Assembly (NCBI GenBank): GCA_043814605.1
Contig: JBDRJV010000037.1
Location: 163,902-227,901 of the forward strand
Length of the DNA stretch: 64,000 nucleotides
Reading direction: 5' to 3'
Source of the DNA: Candidatus Omnitrophota bacterium
GTDB lineage: Bacteria; Omnitrophota; Gorgyraeia; B26-G9
Shown: positions 28,079 through 37,386 of the stretch, in pieces
Numbering within the stretch: position 1 is the stretch's first letter
Layout: every line of letters begins with the position of its first letter
Made by a program: the position numbers and the translations under genes
Notes under the pieces: generated by a model
Told to the model about the DNA's origin: nothing
Databases searched by the model: none
The model's input: only the letters and a program-made list of their open reading frames with translations

Positions 28079-28720
28079 GTGAAATTTGATGATTTTATTA
28101 AAACTTATAGAGAAAGTGTTATTATTGATTCATCAACATTTAATTGGTTTTCGGATAAACCTCAAGATGTAAGGCGTCAGGTAAGGTACTGGGTTAAAAA
28201 AGGATATTTGATTTCCCTTAAGAAAGGGATTTATATCTTAAGTGACAATTACCGGAAAATTAATCTTTCTAGGGGATTTTTAGCAAATTTTCTTGTTTCT
28301 CCTTCGTATCTTAGTTTAGAATACGCTCTGGGATTTTACGGCCTTATCCCGGAAAAAGTAACAGTATATACCTCAATTACAACTAAAAAGACTGCTGCTT
28401 ATAAAAATTATTTGGGTGTATTTGAGTATCGTTCTCTAAAGAAGGACCTTTTTTTTGGGTTTACCAAGGTAGCGGAAAATAACCAGGAATTTTTTATTGC
28501 TCAGCCGGAAAAAGCAATTCTTGATTTTTTTTATTTTCGTAAGGAGATTAAAGGAAAAGCCGGGGAGTTTGAATCTTTGCGTTTTCAGAATCTAGAAACA
28601 TTGGATATCGCGAAATTACAGGAATTTAGTAAAAATTTCACTAAAAAAGTCAATAAAATCGCGCAAGAGTTCGTTAATTTTGTTGTTCAGGAAAACCGGG
28701 AATGGAAGACGCTTAAATGA
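28079..28720 (+). CDS. type IV toxin-antitoxin antitoxin, AbiEi-like transcriptional regulator
   Basis: LKKGIY, PSYLSLEYALGFYGLIPE, PEKAILD; overlaps the next gene (ATGA). Confidence 0.85.
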   Translation: MKFDDFIKTYRESVIIDSSTFNWFSDKPQDVRRQVRYWVKKGYLISLKKGIYILSDNYRKINLSRGFLANFLVSPSYLSLEYALGFYGLIPEKVTVYTSITTKKTAAYKNYLGVFEYRSLKKDLFFGFTKVAENNQEFFIAQPEKAILDFFYFRKEIKGKAGEFESLRFQNLETLDIAKLQEFSKNFTKKVNKIAQEFVNFVVQENREWKTLK

Positions 28721-29520
28721 AAGATTACATTAAGTCAATTATCGACAAAAAAGCAGGCTATGATGAAAACCTTAACAGGCTTCGGGAGTATATTCAAACA
28801 TATTTTTTATATATTAGCTACCGAAAAAAATATTATCAGAATATGGTGTTTACCGGAGGTACTGCTTTGAGATTTATCTATGGAATCAGGAGATTTTCAG
28901 AAGATCTGAATTTTAGTTTATCTATGAGTAATCGCGGATTTGATTTTCTTGATATGCTTAAAGATGTTGAACAGGAGTTTAAACTGGCAGGGTACAGCAT
29001 TGAGGTAAAGCCCAGAATAAAAGGGCAGGTCTATAGCGCTCAATTAAAGTTTCCTCAACTTTTATTTGAAACAGGTTTAAGTATGGTGGAAGATGAAAAA
29101 TTAATGATTAAAGTTGAGATCGACTCTAATCCTCCTGAAGGAGGATTAGAGTCCCACACTTTATATAACAAAACATTTATGTTCCATATGGTACATTATG
29201 ACCTTGCGTCGTTATTTGCGGGTAAATTACACGCGCTTTTACGCCGCAAATATACTAAAGGCCGGGATTGGTATGACTTAATATGGTATTTGTCAAAATT
29301 TAAAAATATAGAGCCTAATTATCTCATGCTTAACAACGCGCTTGCGCAGACATCGAAAGTTTATTCGCGTATTTCAAAAGAAAACTGGAAATCTGAGATA
29401 TTGAAAATTGCTTGCGAGTTGGAGTGGCGTAAAGTTAGAAATGATGTAGGTAGATTTTTAGAGGATCATAATGAAGTAAGTTTGCTTGCGATCGAGACTT
29501 TTAAAAGCATGCTTGGCTGA
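28717..29520 (+). CDS. AbiEii/AbiGii-family nucleotidyltransferase toxin (DxD motif reads DLN)
   Basis: FTGGTALR, RRFSEDLNF, IKVEID, GKLHA, KGRDWYD. Confidence 0.88.
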   Translation: MKDYIKSIIDKKAGYDENLNRLREYIQTYFLYISYRKKYYQNMVFTGGTALRFIYGIRRFSEDLNFSLSMSNRGFDFLDMLKDVEQEFKLAGYSIEVKPRIKGQVYSAQLKFPQLLFETGLSMVEDEKLMIKVEIDSNPPEGGLESHTLYNKTFMFHMVHYDLASLFAGKLHALLRRKYTKGRDWYDLIWYLSKFKNIEPNYLMLNNALAQTSKVYSRISKENWKSEILKIACELEWRKVRNDVGRFLEDHNEVSLLAIETFKSMLG

Positions 29521-29745
29521 TAGCTGATAGAAAAACAGCGAGTAGCGGCTAGCGAATAGAAAAACTGAAGGACGATGGATGACCGCCCACCAGAAAGCGG
29601 CGAGGCTAGGATGAAGGACGAAAAAGCTAAATAGCTTATAGGAGTTAGGAAAAACAAAAGCTAAATTCTAAAACTCGAGCTAAGAGATAACTTAACTGGT
29701 AGCAGGGAATGGCTAACTGGTTCACTGGCAACCGGCGAACGGATA
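29515..29745 (+). repeat. mixed heptamer/octamer arrays after AbiEii
   Basis: acagcga gtagcgg ctagcga atag; gaaggac gatggat; aactggt..aactggttcactggcaaccggcgaacgg. Confidence 0.7.
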
Positions 29746-29765
29746 TATAAAAGGTTATAAAATTT

Positions 29766-31256
29766 ATGCTGATTCAAAATATGCTGAAAAACAGTGCAAA
29801 AAAATATCCGGATAAGATTGCGGTAAAATACGTAAAGCAGCAAATGTCTTTTTCTGAGCTTAATGTCTTTTCCGATAAATTTGCGGCTTTGCTTTTAGAA
29901 AAAGGCATAAACCAAGCGGATAGGGTAGTAATCTTTTTAGATAATTGCTGCGAGTATCTAATTGCTTATTTTGGCATTTTGAAAATAGGAGGGGTTGTTG
30001 TAGCTTTAAATAGCCAGCTTGTATCACGTGAATTGAATATTCTTTTGAAAGATTGTACGGCAAAAGTTATTATCACAGACAAAAAACATTCAAAAATAGT
30101 AACTGATGCGCAGCAATTATACGATCAAGACATTCATATTTTATTGATAGAAGATTTAAGCTTTGGGCCTGAGACTTGCAGCTTGCAGCATGTAGCTTGT
30201 CATCCTGAGGATCTAGCTATGATCATCTATACTTCCGGAACAACTGGCAAACCTAAAGGGGTAATGTTATCGCATGCTAATATTTGTGCTAATGCAGAAT
30301 CTATTGTGGCGTATTTAAAATTAACATCAGAAGATAAATGTATGGTGGTATTGCCATTTTATTATTCTTATGGGCATTCTTTACTTTCTACACATATTAA
30401 AGTTGGCGGGACATTAATCATTGATAACCGGTTTTTATACCCGAATACGGTATTAGATAATATGCTAAAAGAAGAAGTCACGGGATTTGCCGGTGTACCT
30501 TCACATTTTGCAATTTTGCTTAAGAAATCAAATCTGCGTAATTATCATTTCCCTAAATTACGTTATGTAACTCAAGCCGGAGGAGCAATGCCCGCGGCTT
30601 TAATTAAGGAATTTTGTAAGATTTTAGCTAATGTTAATTTTTATGTTATGTATGGACAAACCGAAGCTACAGCCAGGCTTAGCTATTTAGAAGCGGATTT
30701 ATTGGGAAAAAAAATGGGCTCAATTGGTAAAGCAATTCCCGGAGTAAATTTGAAGGTTTTAAATCAAGAGGGTAATTCTGTAAAAATTGGCCAAATTGGA
30801 GAAATTGTTGCCCAAGGGAATAATATTATGAGTGGGTATTGGAATGATAAAGAAGAAACAGACAGAGTTTTAATAAACAATCAGCTTTTTACCGGTGATT
30901 TGGCACGTCTGGATAAAGATGGATTTTTGTATCTTATTAGCCGCAAAAAGGATATGATTAAAAGCGGGGCAAATCGGATCAGTCCTTTAGAAATAGAGGA
31001 TGTTGTGGCAAGCATTCCGGGAATAATTGAGTGTGCGGCAGTGGGTATTCCGGATGAAATTTTAGGAGAGGCAATCTGTTTGTTTGTGGTAGCGGAAAAG
31101 ATCGATAAACAGCAAATCCTTATGCACTGTAAAAAGAATCTGGCTTTTTATAAAATACCGAAAATAATTGAATTTATTGATGTGTTGCCGAAAACAGCGA
31201 GCGGTAAGGTAAAGAGAGAAGAACTTAAGGAAATGATAAACACTGAGAAATATTAG
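29766..31256 (+). CDS. class I adenylate-forming enzyme (acyl-CoA/acyl-ACP ligase, EPS-associated)
   Basis: YTSGTTGKPKG, MYGQTEAT, TGDLA, PKTASGK. Confidence 0.9.
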   Translation: MLIQNMLKNSAKKYPDKIAVKYVKQQMSFSELNVFSDKFAALLLEKGINQADRVVIFLDNCCEYLIAYFGILKIGGVVVALNSQLVSRELNILLKDCTAKVIITDKKHSKIVTDAQQLYDQDIHILLIEDLSFGPETCSLQHVACHPEDLAMIIYTSGTTGKPKGVMLSHANICANAESIVAYLKLTSEDKCMVVLPFYYSYGHSLLSTHIKVGGTLIIDNRFLYPNTVLDNMLKEEVTGFAGVPSHFAILLKKSNLRNYHFPKLRYVTQAGGAMPAALIKEFCKILANVNFYVMYGQTEATARLSYLEADLLGKKMGSIGKAIPGVNLKVLNQEGNSVKIGQIGEIVAQGNNIMSGYWNDKEETDRVLINNQLFTGDLARLDKDGFLYLISRKKDMIKSGANRISPLEIEDVVASIPGIIECAAVGIPDEILGEAICLFVVAEKIDKQQILMHCKKNLAFYKIPKIIEFIDVLPKTASGKVKREELKEMINTEKY

Positions 31257-31263
31257 GTCAAAA

Positions 31264-31450
31264 AGGTTAGCGGTTACGATGCCCGTATCGGTTCAAAAAG
31301 GCAACGGTAACGGCTTGAAGCAGAAAAGATAGAAGCAAAAAGCAGATTTAAATAGCTCGTAAGCATGGAAAGCATGCTTAGGTTGTGGGAAAAGGTAAGC
31401 GGTAACGCAGCCCCTACCACAATGCTTGGCGGGCAGGCGTATCGGTTAAA
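31264..31450 (+). repeat. hexamer-type (CGGTTA/CGGTAA) left arms of four-helix cassette 4
   Basis: gcggttacgatgcccgtatcggtt and a second copy gcggtaacgcagccc[insert]gtatcggtt. Confidence 0.7.
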
Positions 31451-31457
31451 GAGGTAA

Positions 31458-31781
31458 ATGAAAGAAATAGTTTCTAAAATGCCGGACTGTGAAAAATTTG
31501 ATTTGACAGATTAATTGCGACGTTCAAGTAAAGCGATTCCTTGTTTAATTGCTGAAGGATACGCAAAGAAGCATCAGAAGGCTGGATTTCAGAAATACAT
31601 AGACGATGCTATGGCAGAGAGCAATGAGACAGGAGTTAGTCTAAGCCAAGCACGTGATATTTATGGTAATTATGTTGATTTAAAACTTTGCGAAAAATTG
31701 ATTGATGAATATGACAAAATAGGCAGGCAACTATACAATCTTGGAGTTGCTTGGAATGATTTTAAGAGCCGTAACCGATAA
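31458..31781 (+). pseudogene. four-helix-bundle pseudogene (N-terminally short, in-frame TAA at 31512)
   Basis: Reads MKEIVSKMPDCEKFDLTD*LRRSSKAIPCLIAEGY; stop sits where family Q is expected (CAA>TAA). Confidence 0.8.
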
Positions 31782-31841
31782 ACGTTAGACGAAACGGGCA
31801 TCTTAACCGTCAAACGACAGACGTTTTCAAAGGAGCAAATT

Positions 31842-32837
31842 ATGCGAAGATGTACCAAATGTATTTTACCCGAAACTTTTCCGAACATCAGCTTTGATGA
31901 AGCGGGCGTGTGTAATTATTGCTCTAAATTTAAAGGAACTAAACAGCTTAAAGAAGATAAAGCAGTTTATTTTCAAAAGTTTAAAGATTTAATTGCTCAG
32001 GTAAAAGACACTGCGGATTATGACTGTACTTTATCATATTCCGGAGGCAAAGACAGCTCATACACGCTTTATTTATTAAAGGAAGTGTTTGGATTGAAAG
32101 TTTTAGCTTTAGTTTTAGATAACGGTTTTATTTCTGAGCAGGCTTTAAATAATATAAATACTGTTACTCATAAATTAGGTATAGATTGTAAAATTATAAA
32201 GCCGAATTTTGAAGTATTAAAAAAGATATTCAGACATGCGGTAGCTCATCCCATGTATTCACCTAAAACTTTAGAGCGTGCCAGTACTATTTGTACTTCT
32301 TGCATTGGATTGGTTAAATTTATTTTTCTTAAAATTGCGCTTGAGAAAAAAATTCCCCTTATGGCTTGGGGCTGGTCTCCGGGGCAGGCGCCGCTAAGAA
32401 GCAGTATTATGAAAATCAATCCGGCGATGTTTAAGTCAACTCAGGAAGTGCTGCGTAAGCCAATGCAGGAGGTTGTTGGGGACCAAATAAATGAATATTT
32501 CCTTACTCAGGATCAGTTTCAGGATAAAGATATTTTTCCCACGAATGTAAGCCCATTGGCTTTTATGGATTATGATGAAGAAAAAATTATTGAAAAGATT
32601 AAAGAACTTGGCTGGGTAGCGCCTGAGGATGTGGACAGCAATTCCACAAATTGTTTGCTCAACTCGTTTTCCAATAAAATTCATATTGACCGCTATGGTT
32701 TTCATCCTTATGCTTTTGAAATTGCAGAAATGGTTAGAACCGGGGTGATGACCCGGACAGAAGGACTGAAAAAGATAGAAAATGTGGGAGTGGATGCAAC
32801 AATTGAATATGCGAAGGAAAAATTGGGTATAAAATAA
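31842..32837 (+). CDS. PP-loop ATPase, N-acetyl-sugar amidotransferase (WbpG-like) family
   Basis: N-terminal CTKC...CNYC; SYSGGKDS; CTSC; STNC. Confidence 0.75.
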   Translation: MRRCTKCILPETFPNISFDEAGVCNYCSKFKGTKQLKEDKAVYFQKFKDLIAQVKDTADYDCTLSYSGGKDSSYTLYLLKEVFGLKVLALVLDNGFISEQALNNINTVTHKLGIDCKIIKPNFEVLKKIFRHAVAHPMYSPKTLERASTICTSCIGLVKFIFLKIALEKKIPLMAWGWSPGQAPLRSSIMKINPAMFKSTQEVLRKPMQEVVGDQINEYFLTQDQFQDKDIFPTNVSPLAFMDYDEEKIIEKIKELGWVAPEDVDSNSTNCLLNSFSNKIHIDRYGFHPYAFEIAEMVRTGVMTRTEGLKKIENVGVDATIEYAKEKLGIK

Positions 32838-32886
32838 TTATGAATTACGAATTACGAGTGACAAGTGACGAACGATAAATTATAAG
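32837..32886 (+). repeat. heptamer left arm of four-helix cassette 3
   Basis: attatga attacga attacga gtgacaa gtgacga acgataa attataa. Confidence 0.85.
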
Positions 32887-33008
32887 TTCTAAAATCTAAA
32901 AGCTAAAAATAAAGATAAAACACAAAAATTATAAAAATAAATTAAAAAAGTAAAAATCAAAGAAATAAAAAGTTAATTATTAATTGTGAATTTAAGGTTA
33001 AGGCTGAA

Positions 33009-33365
33009 ATGGCTAGTGAAAATAATATTGTTGATAGAAGCTATAAGTTTGCTTTAGAAATTATAAAACTAGTTAATTTGTTGCCAAAGAGTACTAGTGG
33101 TGCTGTTATAGGTAATCAGATCATGAAATCAGGGACATCTATTGGCGCAAATGTTGAGGAAGCACAAGGAGCATCAAGCAAAAAAGATTTTACTAATAAA
33201 ATGTCAATATCTAAAAAGGAAGCAAGAGAAACAAAATATTGGCTTAGATTAATTAAAGATTCAGAAATTTTAAATATTACACAAGTAAAAAGCTTACTTA
33301 ATGAATGTGATTCGCTGGTAAATATACTAACAGCTATTGTAAAAACATCCAAGATGAACTCATAA
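33009..33365 (+). CDS. four-helix-bundle protein, copy 3
   Basis: QIMKSGTSIGANVEEAQ, KKEARETKYWLRL; the heptamer right arm (33358-33388) overlaps its stop codon. Confidence 0.9.
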   Translation: MASENNIVDRSYKFALEIIKLVNLLPKSTSGAVIGNQIMKSGTSIGANVEEAQGASSKKDFTNKMSISKKEARETKYWLRLIKDSEILNITQVKSLLNECDSLVNILTAIVKTSKMNS

Positions 33366-33402
33366 TTCTTAATTTATAATTTGTAATTGCTTGGGAGGCG
33401 CG

Positions 33403-34362
33403 ATGGAGTTTAACAAAGATATCCTAAAAATTGATCGTGAAAAAGAAGCTAACCGTATTTGTGAGTTTTTAAAGCTACAGGTTAGGGAAATGCATAAAGA
33501 CGGAATTGTCATTGGGATTAGCGGCGGAGTGGATTCTGCTTTATCCGCAGCACTAAGTGTAAAGGCATTTGGTCCGGATAAAGTATTGGGATTGATTCTT
33601 CCGGAGCGTGAATCAAATCCGGTAAGTGCGGAATATGCAAAAAAACATGCGGATAAATTAGGGATTAAAACTCAAACGATTGATATTACCCCGGTTTTAG
33701 AGTCCATCGGATCATATAGCAAAAGGGATGAAGCAATTAAAACCGTATTTCCTGAATATGATAAAACCTATAAATCAAAAATTGTTTTACCAGCTGATTT
33801 ATTAGCTAAAGATGCGTACAATTTTTTTACGCTGGTAATTATAGATAAAGATGGTAACGAACAAAAGGCGCGCCTTAATAAAGCAACGCTGAATCAAATT
33901 GTTGCGGCAACAAATACAAAACACCGCACCCGGATGATGCAGCTTTATTATTTTGCGGAAAAGATGAACGCGCTTGTTTGTGGGACGACAAATAAAACTG
34001 AAGCGCTGGAAGGTGATTTTGTTAAATACGGTGATGGCGGTGTGGATATTGAACCTCTGGCGCATTTATATAAAACTCAAGTGTATCAGATCGCCGGACA
34101 TTTAGGAGTAATACAGGAGATTATTGACAGAGCTCCTAGCCCGGATACTTTTAGTGACCCTGTGAGTGATCAGGAATTTTATTTTCGTATTCCATTTGAT
34201 ATTCTTGATTTATTGCTTTATGCCTGGGAAAACAAAGTGAGTATTGAAAAAGTATGTCAAGTGATGCAGCTTGAAGAAAAACAGGTAAACCGCGCGTTCA
34301 GAGATTTTTCCGGAAAGTTTAATACAACAAAGCATTTAAGGGAAATGCCGGCAATGGTGTAA
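33403..34362 (+). CDS. nadE: NH3-dependent NAD+ synthase homologue (EPS-locus paralogue)
   Basis: GISGGVDS, GTTNKTE, FVKYGDGG, LYKTQV, PSPD; GGAGG RBS before ATG 33403. Confidence 0.85.
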   Translation: MEFNKDILKIDREKEANRICEFLKLQVREMHKDGIVIGISGGVDSALSAALSVKAFGPDKVLGLILPERESNPVSAEYAKKHADKLGIKTQTIDITPVLESIGSYSKRDEAIKTVFPEYDKTYKSKIVLPADLLAKDAYNFFTLVIIDKDGNEQKARLNKATLNQIVAATNTKHRTRMMQLYYFAEKMNALVCGTTNKTEALEGDFVKYGDGGVDIEPLAHLYKTQVYQIAGHLGVIQEIIDRAPSPDTFSDPVSDQEFYFRIPFDILDLLLYAWENKVSIEKVCQVMQLEEKQVNRAFRDFSGKFNTTKHLREMPAMV

Positions 34363-34435
34363 AGTATTGAGTATTGTGTAATGCGTATTGCGTGGAAAAG
34401 CAGATTTAGCTTGCAGCCTGTGAGTTGCGGCTTGT
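34363..34435 (+). repeat. two short heptamer arrays
   Basis: agtattg agtattg tgtaatg cgtattg; gcttgca gcctgtg agttgcg gcttgt. Confidence 0.65.
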
Positions 34436-34468
34436 TTAGTTTGTCAATAGTGCAGACTTTTTGTATTA

Positions 34469-34522
34469 TTTGTGCATAAAAATATGTTGTTTTGTGCATA
34501 AAATTATGATATATTTGTGCAT
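34469..34522 (+). promoter_or_regulatory. three TTTGTGCAT direct repeats (22/23-nt period), probable operator
   Basis: Copies at 34469, 34491 and 34514, the last abutting the GGAGG RBS. Confidence 0.6.
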
Positions 34523-34538
34523 GGAGGTGAGCCTTTGA

Positions 34539-35762
34539 ATGAAATATATTTCAAGATGGATAGAAACTAAAATTAAAGCAGTGCTTGAGTCTCATCCGGT
34601 GATTATTCTAACAGGCCCTAGACAGGTAGGGAAAAGCACATTATTGGAATACGCGGATTTTTTAACAGATTGGCGCTATATCACATTGGATGATCCTGAC
34701 GCATTAGAGCAGGCAAAAGAAGATCCGAAAGGTTTATTATGGGAAGACATCCCCACAATTATTGATGAGGCGCAGCGGTGTCCTCAGCTTCTATTAACTG
34801 TTAAATATCTTGTTGATAAGTCAAGAGGGGCCAGAAAGTTTATTCTTTCCGGTTCCGGGAATATCTCATTAAGACAGACGCCCAGAGAAACATTGGCAGG
34901 CAGAGCAAAGTATTTACATTTAACGGGATTTGCTTATAGAGAATTAAAAGGCCTTTCTGCAAGTGATGGCATTCTTGAAAGAGTCTGGACTGGGCAGGAA
35001 ATTGAAGCCAATAATATTAAATCCTTATTTGCTTTAGAGCCTACTGTCTGGAGAGGATGTTTGCCGGCGGTTGTGTTGGCAAAAAATGATACTATTGCTG
35101 TTGAACGGCTAAGCGGCTATATCGATACTTACATTCAACGCGATATTCAGGATTTAGTTAAAGTGCGGTACCCAGAACATTTTCGCCGTTTAATGGAGTC
35201 TCTCTCTCAGGCGACGGGCTGGGAATCCGTGCAGGAAGAACTGTCAAAAAGCTGCGGTGAAACGCGTACGAATGTGAGCCGGTATATTAGCTTGCTTAAA
35301 GATACAAATCTTTTATACGATTTGAAAGGATACGTTTATAAGGGGGAGAGATCTTATAAACAGTCAAAATATTATTGGTTTGATACAGGATCGGCATGTT
35401 TTTTGGCTGGTATTCATTCCCCTGCTGAACTGAAAAAGCCTCATGTTAAAGGCCGGTATTTTGAAAACTTTATTTTACAACAGATTTTGTCATGGGCATC
35501 CTTACAGCTTATTACGCCGGAAATATTTTACTGGAAACCGAAAACCCAGGATATTGAAGTTGATTTTGTCATTGCAGCCGCTGGTAAAGCTATTGGCATA
35601 GAGGTTAAATCATCCGAGAAGCTCACCTTTGGTGATACAAAGCAGATGCGTAAATTTCTCAAATTTCATCCGAAGATTTTAAAGGGGATTATTGTTTACG
35701 CGGGAAATAAGGTTTATCCGGTGGCATCGAATATTCTGGCTGTTCCATGGTTAGCACTTTGA
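34539..35762 (+). CDS. AAA_14 ATPase with DUF4143 C-terminal (PD-(D/E)XK-like) domain
   Basis: GPRQVGKS, IIDEAQ, ETLAGR, KYYWFDTG, EVDFVI..IEVKS. Confidence 0.88.
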   Translation: MKYISRWIETKIKAVLESHPVIILTGPRQVGKSTLLEYADFLTDWRYITLDDPDALEQAKEDPKGLLWEDIPTIIDEAQRCPQLLLTVKYLVDKSRGARKFILSGSGNISLRQTPRETLAGRAKYLHLTGFAYRELKGLSASDGILERVWTGQEIEANNIKSLFALEPTVWRGCLPAVVLAKNDTIAVERLSGYIDTYIQRDIQDLVKVRYPEHFRRLMESLSQATGWESVQEELSKSCGETRTNVSRYISLLKDTNLLYDLKGYVYKGERSYKQSKYYWFDTGSACFLAGIHSPAELKKPHVKGRYFENFILQQILSWASLQLITPEIFYWKPKTQDIEVDFVIAAAGKAIGIEVKSSEKLTFGDTKQMRKFLKFHPKILKGIIVYAGNKVYPVASNILAVPWLAL

Positions 35763-35876
35763 TTAGCGATAAGGGACGGGTTGTTTGGGAGCTAAAGAAA
35801 CAAGGTTATTGTGGTGAGTTGAATTAGTTTGTCAATAGTTCAGACCTGGCCCCGCTACTTACTTACATTTAGTTTT

Positions 35877-35910
35877 TGCTAAACGCTAGCCGCTGAACGC
35901 GATACGCTAA
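35877..35910 (+). repeat. heptamer array (CGCTAAA type) before next EPS gene
   Basis: tgctaaa cgctagc cgctgaa cgcgata cgcta. Confidence 0.7.
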
Positions 35911-35925
35911 TGAAGGAGAGTACCC

Positions 35926-36759
35926 ATGAAACTAAAAATACCTTTAATTATATCAGTGTTTATCATCATTATTGCATCTGTGTCTATCAACGTTTTGAAC
36001 TGTATAGGAGGAGAAATGAATAATTTAGTAGGAAAAACCTCAGAATTAAAAGAAGTATCCCCAGAACAATGGAAAAAATTAGCAAGTAAAAAAATATATT
36101 TTGGGCATCAATCTGTAGGATTTAATATTATTTCAGGACTTGAAGATATCCTCGAGCGAATTCCTAATATGGGATTAATGATAAAAGAAACTAAACAAAA
36201 CAATGATTTTAGTAATCCCGTTTTTGCGCATTCAAAAATTGGCAAAAATAAAGATCCTATTTCAAAATTGGATGATTTTAAAGCGATTATGGACAGTGGC
36301 GTAGGAGCGCAGGTGGATATTGCGTTTTTTAAATTTTGCTTTGTTGATGTTATTGAGGATACTGATATAAATCAGGTTTTTCAGCATTATTGTCAAACAT
36401 TTGAATATCTTGAGAATAAATATCCTCAAACAACCTTTATTCACTTTACGGTTCCCTTGATGACAAAAAATACTGGGATAAAAGCAAATATTTTAAGATT
36501 AATAGGAAAAAAAATTTGGGGTGATGCGGATAATAAAAAGCGCAATGAATTTAATGCGTTATTACAGAATAAATATGGAAAGAATATTAATTTTTTTAAT
36601 CTGGCAAAATTTCAAGCAACAGCTAAAGGACAAGCAGAACTTAAAAGTGATGAGTATTATTTGCTTAAAGAATATACAGATGATGGTGGCCATTTGAATG
36701 GCAAAGGCAGAGTTCGGATTGCTAAAAAATTATTGTTACTTTTGATTGATATCGAATAA
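35926..36759 (+). CDS. secreted/membrane-anchored SGNH-hydrolase-like protein
   Basis: N-terminal TM; YFGHQSVG block and DGGHLN (DxxH). Confidence 0.55.
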   Translation: MKLKIPLIISVFIIIIASVSINVLNCIGGEMNNLVGKTSELKEVSPEQWKKLASKKIYFGHQSVGFNIISGLEDILERIPNMGLMIKETKQNNDFSNPVFAHSKIGKNKDPISKLDDFKAIMDSGVGAQVDIAFFKFCFVDVIEDTDINQVFQHYCQTFEYLENKYPQTTFIHFTVPLMTKNTGIKANILRLIGKKIWGDADNKKRNEFNALLQNKYGKNINFFNLAKFQATAKGQAELKSDEYYLLKEYTDDGGHLNGKGRVRIAKKLLLLLIDIE

Positions 36760-36795
36760 ACAAATATTTAAAGGAAATTATAATTTGAGGTAAAA

Positions 36796-37365
36796 ATGTT
36801 TAACACTGTAAAAAAAGATATTCAAAAATATATTGCAACCGATGATGTTAAAGGTATAGGAGCAAAAATATATTTATTTGCATTTAACTATTCCTTATGG
36901 GTGATTATCAGCTATCGCTTCGGTAGATGGGTACGATATAACTTTAAAATTCCAATATTAAAGCAAATTTTAAAAATAATCACTAAGATTTTACATGAAA
37001 TTTTAGGAATGATAACTGGTATTCAAATTCAATTTGAAACCAAAATTGGTTCAGGTCTTTACATTGGGCATACGGGTTTTTTAATCATTAATTCCGGTGC
37101 GGTGATTGGTGAGAATTGCAATTTGGGTGTGGGAGTTGTTATTGGTCAAGGGGGTCGAGGTCCCCAAAAAGGATGTCCGGATATCGGAGATAATGTTTTT
37201 ATTGGTGTGGGAGCAAAAGTAATTGGAAAAATCAAAATAGGTAATTGTGTCGCAATTGGTGCTAATGCTGTGGTGACAAAGGACATTCCGGAAAATGCAA
37301 CAGCTGTGGGCATACCAGCGAGAGTTATTAATTATTCAGGCAGCAAGGATTTTATAAAAACTTAA
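36796..37365 (+). CDS. serine O-acetyltransferase-like hexapeptide acyltransferase
   Basis: IGSGLYIGH, IGDNVFIGVGAKVIG, GANAVV, VGIPAR. Confidence 0.85.
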   Translation: MFNTVKKDIQKYIATDDVKGIGAKIYLFAFNYSLWVIISYRFGRWVRYNFKIPILKQILKIITKILHEILGMITGIQIQFETKIGSGLYIGHTGFLIINSGAVIGENCNLGVGVVIGQGGRGPQKGCPDIGDNVFIGVGAKVIGKIKIGNCVAIGANAVVTKDIPENATAVGIPARVINYSGSKDFIKT

Positions 37366-37386
37366 AAAAAAGGAAAGAGTAAGAAA

